Assembly (NCBI GenBank): GCA_028023455.1
Contig: JAQFVV010000008.1
Span: 15,252,001 to 15,316,000 of the forward strand
Length of the DNA: 64,000 nt
Reading direction: 5' to 3'
Source of the DNA: Epiperipatus broadwayi
Taxonomy: Eukaryota > Animalia > Onychophora
The notes under the pieces are model-generated. The model saw only the letters and a list, made by a program, of their open reading frames with translations, did no database searches and had not been told where the DNA came from. The first letter of the stretch is position 1, and each line of letters starts with the position of its first letter. The translations under genes were made by a program, and so were the position numbers. Below are positions 13,562 through 25,140 of this stretch, piece after piece.

Positions 13562-14138
13562 AATTAATAAAGCAAGTCATATATAACTGACGTGGGCCAT
13601 AAGCCCGAAACCATGGTCTGGAGATAAGAGTGTTCTGGATAGAGATTTTAAATATTTCTCATAACCGCACTTGTTAATTTACGAGCTTGTTAGAGCTATT
13701 GGTACGCTCTCTATGTGCATTTTTGTAATTACAAGCTCATAAAAGTAATGTCATGTTATATATGACTTGCTTTATTAATTATTATAATTTTACCTTTAAG
13801 GCTTTGGCTATGCTGAGCCTATTAGAATATGGTAGATCTGAATATACTTCAGTCCCATATAGCTATTTAAGTTAGATAGCTGGATTTAAAGACATTTTCA
13901 TGTCCGAAAAATTCAGAGTTTCTTCTTAAATATACGTTTGAAATAAGTGCTGGTTTTTTGAGTTGATATTTTAGGTCTAGTGTCCGAATATTCTAGCTCT
14001 CCACTGACGTGGGCCATAAGCCCGAAACCATGGTCTGGAGATAAGAGTGTTCTGGATAGAGATTTTAAATATTTCTCATAACCGCACTTGTTAATTTACG
14101 AGCTTGTTAGAGCTATTGGTACGCTCTCTATGTGCATT
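13562..14138 (+). mobile_element. Family D: PLE-type pLTR tandem (two identical 136-bp repeats) with an inverted 30-bp tail and target-site duplication
   Basis: 13586-13721 equals 14003-14138. 13558-13587 is the exact reverse complement of 13755-13784. cattgctagtaat is repeated at 13549-13561 and 14135-14147. Confidence 0.85.
13998..14041 (+). ncRNA. Minimal type I hammerhead ribozyme (A9U core variant)
   Basis: TCTCCA-CTGACGT-GGGC cataa GCCC-GAAA-C catg G-TC/TGGAGA. Stem I 6 bp, stem II 4 bp, stem III with palindromic CATG loop, GUC cleavage triplet ending at 14035. Confidence 0.8.
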
Positions 14139-14793
14139 GCTAGTAATCTATTTGTTCATAGTATGCTTGGTCAAGATTATTTTGCATGGCTTGAGTGCAA
14201 CTAACTTTGATCAGTTTTTTTGTTTAAAAATTGATTCCTCCAGTGTGAACTTGAATAGTTTTTTTTGATTTTTCTTTGGTTAATACAGTTTTTGATTAAC
14301 TTATCTTAAACTTTGATATGAATAAGTAAAACTGATAGTAAAAAAGAACTGGAACATATCTAACAAAAAAAAAAAAGATTAAGACTAAAAGTTCCTCTAT
14401 AAATACCCTTAACTAATTTTATCTTATGTTATTTATTACATATCCCTCAAATCAGGTTGGACGGGGGGGGGGGCTTAAATACAATTTTTTTTGTCCCTTT
14501 ATGTTTTTCATAATATTTAATTATATGTTTTTTAATTATCCTAATGACAAAATTATTTCCATAACAAATTATTGTAATTTCTGGAAATTTTAACAAAATT
14601 TGATTAAATGGAATATTGCAAGCTACACATTCTCTCCTACATTTAGTGGAGTTTAATTTTATTCAGAATTTCACAATTTTATCATAAGTTACAATAAGAA
14701 AATACTTTCTCTAGTGCCTTTTTTTTTAAAAAAAAAAAAAAAAGTATTGTTAATGATATTTCTTTTAAACTCCATAAGAGTCAGAGAATGTAG

Positions 14794-15058
14794 TAGATTG
14801 AAGCCTGTCCATTAAAATTAAGATTCGCTATCTTAATATAAACCATATACTGATTATATGTGTGTGGACGGGAGATGATGATCTGGACCAACTGGTGAGT
14901 GCTGGTACAGTACGAAATATGTAAATAGAAGATCATCTATCTTTTTTCACATGTGCATGGTCATGTGTATTGATTGTATGAGGTAGAGTGGATAGCTGAA
15001 GGGAGCTTGAAAGTCTGTGTTCAAATCCCTATAATTACTTTTAAACTTCAAGTATATG
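14794..15058 (+). mobile_element. Family A hammerhead-bearing element
   Basis: gatctggaccaa-CTGGTGA-GTGCTG gta CAGTAC-GAAA-tatgta...agatcat followed by the family 3' body ending gttcaaatccctataattac. The core carries an A6G change. Confidence 0.85.
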
Positions 15059-15936
15059 AATTATGCTTGTTTTGCAAATATAACATAAGATAGCTACAGA
15101 AACCATTTCTATCTTTTGATACACATATGTAAGTGACATATGCTCTCATACTTATTATAATACAAACATTATTTTCTAATTTATTTTTTTATAATTAACA
15201 AATCTAAACAACTTATTTCAAACTAATTTTCTCCAACTAATCTCATAATAAATATAAATTTACTAAATTATTTCAACTTTTATTTATTTTTATATCTACT
15301 GTTGCAAAATGGATTAACAATATAGCATATAAGTACTGCTCAACAAGTCACCTTAATTAATGAATCCGGACCACAATCAAGACTAAATATTTACGATCAA
15401 TCTCTCTTTCTATATCCATCAGAAATCACGCCTGAGCATCTTAATGATGTTCATTAGAATGATTATTATATTGTTAGAGCATCACCAAATAATCCTGATT
15501 ATAGGCCCATTAATGTCGTGTACTAGGTTCATTCTAATTCTCACAAGTTCATTATGTCTTATTTTCCACATGATTCAAACTTAATTAAATATTATTTTTA
15601 ATTTTAAATACTAAGCATGTAAAAGTAATATTCTAATATCATAAATACATATTATATATATGTATCCTAGATGTAGACAGATGTAATGAATAAATAAATA
15701 GCTAATACGCATTTGTTTAATATAAAAAAAGGTAATTTAGTAAAACGAATAATATGATCAAATAGATTACATTAATTAACAAAAAAAGAATGCAAGCACA
15801 AATAAGCATTATAATGTAATTTAAACCTATTAATCAATCCAGTACTTTCAACTGTGTTCTGATATACTTATTGTAGTAATAAAAATTTCCAAACTAATTT
15901 TCTCACAAACTCCAGTATTACCATTTGACATATAAT

Positions 15937-16084
15937 AAAGATATATACGAGAGATAGTGACCTGGGCCAACTGATGAGTGCTGGTTCAGCACGAAATGCA
16001 TCTTGGGAGTCATTTGTCTTTTATTATATCTTTATTTAAGTGAATTTAAAAAAGAATGGGGAAGTATGGCGGTGGTTATTATAT
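15937..16084 (+). mobile_element. About 148-bp family A hammerhead mini-insertion with a 15-bp target-site duplication
   Basis: catttgacatataat at 15922-15936 and 16085-16099 flanks the ribozyme domain. Confidence 0.75.
15949..16019 (+). ncRNA. Type I hammerhead ribozyme with intact catalytic core
   Basis: CCAA-CTGATGA-GTGCTG gtt CAGCAC-GAAA-TGCATC/TTGG. All core nucleotides are canonical. Palindromic AUGCAU stem III, AUC cleavage triplet ending at 16002, stem I extended through tgac/gtca after an internal loop. Confidence 0.88.
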
Positions 16085-19000
16085 CATTTGACATATAATG
16101 ACAAAATATATATAATAAAAACTAATTGCCTATTCCAGATGACAATTAATATCGATATATAATTAATTAAGGGTTGGTTAACTAATGAAGCCCTTAGATT
16201 TTGGTTAGATATAAAACGGGAGAGGGGGGCGTTTAATTAAATTTACTTGTTAATAGTTCCCACCAAAAATATAAATATTAATTAAATAATATATAAAATG
16301 CATATTTAATGACGTTAACTGTTTATACTTCTTTTATACGGAATGTAATAAATGAAATAAGTGCGTTTATACGCAACTATATGGAAAATTGTTATTTTTA
16401 TAAATTAAATACATATTTATAAAGTGAAATATTTTAACCAAAGTTATTTGAAATAAACTTTTAAAATTTTATTATAGAATTCTGAAAATTGCAACTGTAT
16501 ATTTATGTATGCTTTTGTCTATGGATGTGTGTGCATGTGAAATTCTATTTATTTGTGTGCGTATAGAATTCTTAACGGTTTATTTTTTTTGTCAGATTTC
16601 ATTATTTTGAACAAATTTTGTTAAAATCGGTCTTGGTCATTCATGTATGTCTTTTTATTATCACACTTGGAGAGGTCAGTCTTTTATTTAAGCCAGCTCA
16701 GAAAAAAGATATTGAGATTCAATGATATGAAGACATCACTTGCATATCACATTGTCAAAATGGTGTGCTACATTCCTAGATGAGTCAGTAAAGGTATCAT
16801 CCTGGAAAATTCTGTTATGCATTCCAGATATTTCATTTCATTGATGAATGAAGCTCTTCTGCTTCAGTATATATCAGGCTGCCACTACAATTCATCTTGG
16901 ATATTAATCTCTCCTAGTTTTGATTATGATTACAATTATTATAGATTTAATAGGTTCTTGTTAGTGCTTCACAATGAACTAGCTCGCTCTCCAAACACCT
17001 TTGTCTAAAATCCCACTTTGTTTTCCAAATATGTTTATACCTTAATTTCTTTATTTTCCTAATTTTCTATTTCCTTTTTTTAATAAACAATTTATTTCAG
17101 GCTTGTCTTTTATATGTTGCTTTTTATCTTACTCTATGTTATTAAAATTAATTATCATATAATTTTTTTAAACATTATTTAATGTTTTTCGACTTTTATA
17201 TAAAATTCTTTTTTGCTATAGTAGTTATATATATATTTTTAGAATATTATGCTCTCCTATTTTATTCTTGTCTTTAATTTACTTAACATGCTTCTTTATT
17301 TGATCAGCTCCCTTTCTCTATATATATATTTGAAAGTGGAATAAATAATCTATTAGTAAATTAAATTTTTTGCTCTTTCTCTACACACATACTTACATGT
17401 AACTTTAGAAAGATAATTTAATTTTTAAAAATGTTAATTATCTATGTGATACAGCTTTATTTGTAATATCACAAAATATATGCATTATAAGTATTGAAAG
17501 AGATTATCTTCTTCATACAACCTCATAAATTAAGTACATTAAATACATTTACATATTTAAATTATATTTCCATAATTTCATATTTCTCATTTCTTATATT
17601 TTATTTAAATTAGTACTAGTTTGAATATAGGTCTTTGCTGACATTTACATGTGCTATCTGAAGGCCACAAAATTGCCAATATCAATACTATATAACAATA
17701 AAGAATAATGGATTGATTCATTATGTAATTAAAGAATAATTGATTACAATGCCAAATATATGTAGCAGTCAAAGTGATGCACACAAACACTGTCCATATA
17801 AACAATTGAATTGCCATTCAGCTACCATAATTCAGTCAACTTTTATGGTAAAATATGTTTGTCTCTTACTGAATAGCCAAGATTTTAACTTGTATCACAA
17901 CAATCAGAACAATGAATGTTAAATCAGTCAAGATATTTAAGACAAATTGATTTGAGTCAATTGATGCAGACAATTAAGAGTAACATGTAGTATACCTAAA
18001 TATATATATAATGAAATGGAATATTTGCCTTGCTATATTCATTTCACCTATATTCCATCCTATAACTTACTCTTTGCCAGGTTCAAACCCTAAAAGTGCC
18101 CAAGAAACATCTACATGGATATATAGGTTCAGTCACATATATATTGAACTGGGTTGGAGAAAATTGCTCTGATCACTTTTTTTTTAGATCTCGATTTTAA
18201 CTCAAGCTGCACTTTCATTATTGCAGCAGACCAGTCCTTCAAGCAGAGAAATATAATACCACAGATAGATGAAACATCCATGATACCTATAATCAGACAG
18301 GCTATACAAAATACAACTATGAGCACATTTCCAGGCTATAGCACTTCTCGACTGCTAGGTTCAAACCTCTGTCATTCGAACATTTTATTTGTTTTGAGGT
18401 TAACCTTAGGCACCAGCTAATTACAGGTTATATAGTCAGCATGCCTGGACTACATGTACACAATCCAGTGCTTGACATATCGCAAGATAACTCCTTTTCT
18501 CAATTGCGAGGAGAAATCTCTGACACACTTCCCAATACTTATAGTTAATTATAACTTAGCCTATTAGTGATGCGGTTATACGAAAGAGAATTGATCGGAC
18601 AATAATTAAGCAAAGAAATATTTTATTTTATGTACACACATAATTATAACATGATATAATAAAAAAAAGACATTTATACACACACCTATATATAATATAA
18701 TACGAATATAAGAATGCAACATTAAAGACTACATTGGCTGTAACTATTAGAGTTCATTAAAGTTTTTTCAATCACAAATATGTGCAAATCTTTAGAATGG
18801 GAGAATAAGAATTATATTTACCTAGGATTTTAGATAGCACATCACACTTTCATGGATACAGTTTCCTGTTTATTTCCTTATTTGTCGATTGCCAACCGGT
18901 TGACCTTTTCTTTCCATTGATGGTTTTGGCTTTTTATTGATTTTCCAGTTTGCAATGAAGAGAGAGAGAGATTATTGGTAGTTCACAGATCATGAGGCAG

Positions 19001-22000
19001 GCATGAGTGCCAGGTGAAGAACATACGATGGTGCTGAGGACTGGGATTGAAGGCTAGCATACACTTTGGTTATTCAGTACTGCATGCTGCTAAGTCAGCC
19101 TTTAGTGAAAGTAAGTCAAGGTACACATATCCTGAAAATGTGGATAGCTTTTTGTCATTTTCACTTCTTTAATTTTTATAGTAATACAGCAGTGTTAACT
19201 AACAATTTTACTGCATCTGAAACAATCTGAATGCAATAATAATGATAATGAAACAATGATAATTTCTCATCTCTTGGTCCTTTTATATGTTTCTTTCACA
19301 TTGATTTTCTTTATCATCCTTTGATCTAGTTTAATTAATTTTATATTTCCTTAATTAATTTTTTTTGCATCCCAACTTAATTTAATCTCTTGCTTAGATT
19401 AATCTAATATTTCGATAAGATAATGTCCGTAGTCTTTTCCTTTGTTTCTTTAATTAGTTCAAATGGAAGTTATCTTTCTTTTTATCAGCCAAGTAATTTT
19501 TAATGAATTGTAAATTTTAAAAGTTTTTCTTTTACAAATTATATTTTTAGTTTAATGTCATTTTCACATTCATTCGTTATTACTTTCTTTTTCTCTTTTT
19601 TTTAATTTATAAAAAGGAAGAGCTAGTTTCAACTTTTTACTTAGAATTAATCCCCCCCCCCCACTCACACTTTAATACTAAAACTTTCTTTTATTTTTCA
19701 ATAAAAAGGTGTAAGCAATACTTTATTTTTGCAAGTTTGCATTTCAAAAAAAAAAACTCTTTAAAAACATATAATTTATATTTCATTATTATCATTTTTC
19801 CTTTTAAAATCAATTTGATCAATTATTATTAAATGATTACATATGTAACGCAGAATGTTTTTAACCCATATATTCATTGGCAGTACAATATATTGTACCG
19901 GATGAAAGCTTTGGATTCGCATATCCTAAGTATGAGGGCGCCACTAGTCTGCAAATCGAAACTAGACATTTATTTTAAGGGTGGACAGGACATGCGAATC
20001 GAATGTGCTGGACTAGCTCAATCAAGCAAATGAGAACTTATGTTTTGTTCAGAAGATTGGAAAGGTAGCAACAGAAAACAAAATCAACTAAGTAAATAAA
20101 TAAATAAATAATTTTATTATGAGTATGATTAAATAAACATAAATCTAAATAATAATCTTTAAAGCACACTTAAAATATGTACTACACGTACATTCATCAA
20201 AATTAAACTAAAATTTTTTATATGGCTTTGAGAACGATTTTCTGTGCGTGAAAGAGTGCAAAATACTGACAGTAGCAGAAGTATTAGTAAATATACAGTG
20301 ATCTCATGTAAGAAAAGTGAGGTTAGCTTCCTGCTTATAACTCATAGTTAGGAAAAGGCTGGATCTCCGTATCTGAGATTTATGCAAGCTTATGTCGAAA
20401 CAGAAGAAATGCGAAGGTAGCTTCCAAAACATTAATAATAATAAAAAGGGTTGAAAGTTATTACTTTCATTTGAATGACCTCCCTCTGAGTGGGACAGGC
20501 TAGGAGCTCACAATCTACCTATTGAGAGGGTTAAAACGATCGTACGTGCCCCTAATAAATGAATTGGAAGTTCGAAATAATAAAACTAACGATAATAATC
20601 TATTATAAATAATTAAAGTTTCCTGACATAAGTAGAACTAATAATAAAATGGGTCACGAGCCAGAAGTCAATTAAAATAGTCTGTAATATCCAGACTGCT
20701 TTCTATAATAAAAAGGAATGTGAGATTATAAATAAAACTATACTTTTTTACTTACTAAGACTTAAATAGGATGGACAGTAATAGGTTTGAAACTAGCACT
20801 CGTTAAAAAGAAAAAAAAAATATCAAGCACACAGAAACTGAATTACATAAGATACAACTTGAAAAATATTTATATTTAAAAAGAAAACAAATCTAAGACA
20901 ACAAAATTATTTAAATTGTGGAACATAAGGTACCTTAATAATTTAGTTAAACGCTAGTTCACTAGACTTCTTGAATATGGTCCATTAATCTGGATTCCCT
21001 GATGGTAGGCTTGGGCGAGTCGGTTAGTGGTTTCTTTGTAGCCGGTTCTTGTGGCATTATAGGCAGTTAATGGAGATACAAGGCATCCGAACCTGTCCTG
21101 GCAAGAAACTTAGTACATCATGGTTGAAGAAAATATTCTTGCTGTAGGTTTAGCATTCATTCTAAACAGAATTGCTGGACCGGCTTTGCTTTCGGAATAT
21201 GCAGGAATCTTTCTTTCCAAGTATTTTTGGCTGGAATTGTTTGTGCAAGTCTCCTAGAGTTGGTGGAAGTATCTCAGAGTTAGTGAAAAGATAATACAAT
21301 GGCCTCATTAAGCCTTTTATAGCTGAATCATACTCAACCAATTATAAAACTTTTTCATTTTAATTAAAACTTATAAAGTTCTCCATCTAGCTAACAATAG
21401 TTATCTAATTAACAAAAATAAATTGTCCTTTACAGATCTAGGAATTAACTAATAAAAAATTCTTTTCTTTTTGTTTTCTTTTTTTTTAATTATTCTTATC
21501 AATCTAAATCCCCAAATCTGAAAAGCAATTTAATTATACAATTTACTTTTACATAAATTTAAAAAAAAAAAAAATTAATCTTAGTTTTCTTTTTTCAAAA
21601 TAAAAAAACCAAATATAGCTGTGGTATTAAAATACAATTCCCACGTACATACATATATATTTATACAAGCATTAAAAAAAAAAAAAAACTTTTAATCAAG
21701 TTTTACAAACAAAATCTTATTAAAAAAATTATTTTGTTTTCTTCACCCCTATAAAACTTCAATTTTGTAATGGTGTTTTGAAGCATCCATTATAATATAT
21801 ATATATGTGTGTACATTAATGCCAGTAATATAATCAGTATGTATGGCTGCAGAAAGGAGTTTTGCTATTAACTGAAAGGAGACCCTTTGATTCCTCTTGG
21901 AGGCCTTAAAGGAACCGAGCAGGGCAAATTCCTAATGTCCACTTCATACATTCTTGTCATTGCAGCTGTTATTACTATGTGATTATTCATATAGTATATG

Positions 22001-22169
22001 AACATGGATGGGCTGCTCACCAACACACATTAGCCAGCATGGTGAGTTTATTGGCTTTTTACCTCTGAGTTTAAGATCAAGAAACACCATGGTCTTTCTT
22101 CTCAGTGCCTGATAAGGCAGAATGAATGTTTGAATAAATGATAAATATTTTCCCAATACATATATACAA

Positions 22170-25140
22170 TTATGACAAACAAAAATAAAGCATGGCCCTT
22201 ATTCCCAGGAGGCTGTAAAGTCACCAACCAAGGCAGCGGTTGGTGGCTGAAGGCGGAGGGTGCTAAGAATCCCCTGATTGCGGACCCAGGCTGCCATTTG
22301 ATGATGACTTTTTATTTAGGTACTTACAACTGCAGATCACTTTCAAGTGAAGGAAGATTGCAAGAATTAGAAGAAGAACTATCTTATATTAAATGGGACA
22401 TTATTGGACTTGTGAAGTTAGAAGAAATGGTGAAGAGATAATTGATTTAAAAAGTGGACATATACTCTATTATAAAGGCACAAATATTGGAAATACAAGT
22501 GGAGTAGGATTCATTATAAATAAAAAGTGGAAGAACAATATTGTGGAGATTGATGGTGTATCGAACAGAGTGGCAAGATTAGTTATACAACTTAATAGCA
22601 GATACCAAATGCAGATAATTCAGGTTTATGCCCCAACAAGTTCTCATAGTGATGAAATAGTGGAAGATTTTTATATGGATGTACAAAAGGCTTTTGATCA
22701 GAGTAAACACCATTTTAAAATTGTTATGGGAGACTTTAATGCTAGAATTGGTAAAAAAATGAAAGATGAAAGTGCTGTGGGTAATTTTGGTTATGGTAAT
22801 AGAAATGAGAGAGGACATAGACTTGTGGAGTTTGCAGAAAAAGAAAAACTTTATATTATGAATTCTTTTTTTGAGAAAAATGTTAAAAGGAAATGGACAT
22901 GGAAGCATCCAAATGAAGGTACAGCAGAATTAGATTATATTTTGACTATCAGGAAATACATATTTCAAGATTGTAATGTTCTTAATAAATTTAACACAGG
23001 AAGTGATCATCGATTAGTAAGGTGTAAGATATGTGTTAATGTAAAACTAGAGAGACAAAAATTATTAAGAAAAACAATATTTACAGTTGATATTCCTAAT
23101 CTTCAGAAACATTCTAATGAATTTAAATTAGAACTTACAAATCGGTTTCAAGTATTAGTAGATTTTGAACATGATTCAGATTTGAATGAAATTAATATGA
23201 AAATAACTGATACACTTTTGAAAACTGCAACAAAGATAGCTGGTAGAAAAAAACAGCAATTGACCAATAAAATTTCTACTGAGACTAGAGAATTTATGAA
23301 GAAAAGAAGGAATATGAAGATATACAAAAATGATGCATTAAAAAGAATTGAATATCTCGAATTTTGTTAAATGGTGCGGAAAAGAGTTGAAAACGATATA
23401 AGAAAGTATAACTGTGAACTAGCAAGGAAAGCTGTAGAAGAAAATAAAAGTCTTAAGAATGTAAAACAACATTTTGGTATTGGTAGGAAATTTATATCTG
23501 CAATAAGAAAAAAAGATGGAATTATTACTAAAAGGAGAGATGACATCATGAAATTGGTAGAAGATTTTTATCAAGAATTATATATTAATAAAGAACAAGT
23601 ACCTCCTATATCTAGTACATCTTCCAAATTGCCCAGAATTTTAAATGAAGAAGTGAGACATGCAATTAAATGTATGAAGAAAGGAAAGGCTCCAGGTAAT
23701 GATGGAATTATAATTGATATATTAAAAGAAGCAGGTGAAGAAATAGAAAAATTTTTAGCAAAGTTATATACCAAATGTCTAAATGATAAAGATGTACTGG
23801 ATGATTGGAAGAATGCAGTAATAATATTAATATTTTAAAAAGGTGATAAGGAAGATATTAAAAATTACAGACTTATCAGCCTTTTATCAGTTTTATATAA
23901 AAATTTTACCAAGATAATTACTACTCGTCTACAGAGAACATTGGATTTCCACCAACCAAGAGAACAAGCTGGATTTAAAAGTGGTTTTAGTACAGTAGAT
24001 CATATCCAGGTATTGAGAGAAGTTATAGAAAGGACAAATGAATATGAGTTGCCATTATGCTTAGGATTTGTAGATTATGAAAAGGCATTTGATTTTATAA
24101 ACATTTCTTCAGTGATTAAAGCATTAGATCATCAAGGTATAGATCCAGGATATTGTCATATTATAAAGAATATTTATAAAAATGCAACAGCGACAATTAG
24201 ATTACATAATGACACTGGGAAAGTCAACATTGAGAAAGGTGTAAGACAAGGTGACTCCATATCTCCAAAACTTTTTACAGCAGTGCTACATGAAGTATTT
24301 TGTGGATTAAAATGGGAAACTAAAGGAGTGAAAGTAAATGGTGATTATTTAAGTCATTTACATTTCGCAGATGATGTAGTTGTTTTTGCAAATAATGCTT
24401 CAGATCTGCAGGAAATGTTGCAGGAATTATCAGATGAAAGTAGAAAAGTAGGACTAAAGATAAATGTTAAAAAGACTAAAGTAATGTTTAATCGATTTGC
24501 TCAAAATATGAAAATAAAGATTGATTATGATGAATTAGAAGAAGTTAACAGTTACAAATACCTTGGTCAGATTATTAATACAGATGGAAACATAATAGAG
24601 GAAATTAATCATAGAATTAAACTTGGTTGGAATGCTTTTGGTAGAAATAACTTGATACTAAAAGGAAATATGCCTATGTGTTTGAAAAGGAAAGTTTTTA
24701 ACAAATGTGTTTTACCAGTTCTTACTTATGGATATGAGACTTGGACACTTAATAGAAGAGCAATTCAGAGACTTCAGACCACTCAAAGAAGTATGGAGAG
24801 ATGTATGTTGGGAGTAACAAGAAGAGATCGTAAATGCAATGTATGGGTAAGAGAACAAACAGGTGTTACTGACCTCATTGAAAAAATTAAAAGATTGGAG
24901 TTGGGCTGGACATATTGTTAGAAGAGATGATAATAGATGGACAATTGAAATTTTAAACTGGATTCCAAGAGATCGTAAAAGACCCAGAAAGAGACCACAT
25001 GTGAGATGGATGGATGAAATAAGAAAGTGTGCAGGGGTGATGTGGAGAAGAAAAGCTAAAGATCGGAGAAGATGGATTAAACTTGGAGAGACCTTCATCC
25101 TGCAGTGGATTGATAATGGTTGATAATGATGATGATGATA
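22170..25140 (+). mobile_element. RTE-clade LINE copy 2, near full-length pseudogene
   Basis: N-terminal GAKNP...TYNCRSL, APE and RT domains across ORFs 22172-25123, interrupted by frameshifts (~22409, ~23836, ~24897) and a stop (23368). It ends in a tgataatgatgatgatgat tail. Confidence 0.98.

Noticed and set aside
13586-14138. CRISPR-like repeat-spacer interpretation of the direct repeats
   Set aside because: Only two 136-bp repeats, a eukaryotic context and no cas genes. The PLE pLTR geometry explains it better.
18990-19118. Candidate exon bounded by cag and gtaagt
   Set aside because: Stops occur in all three frames.
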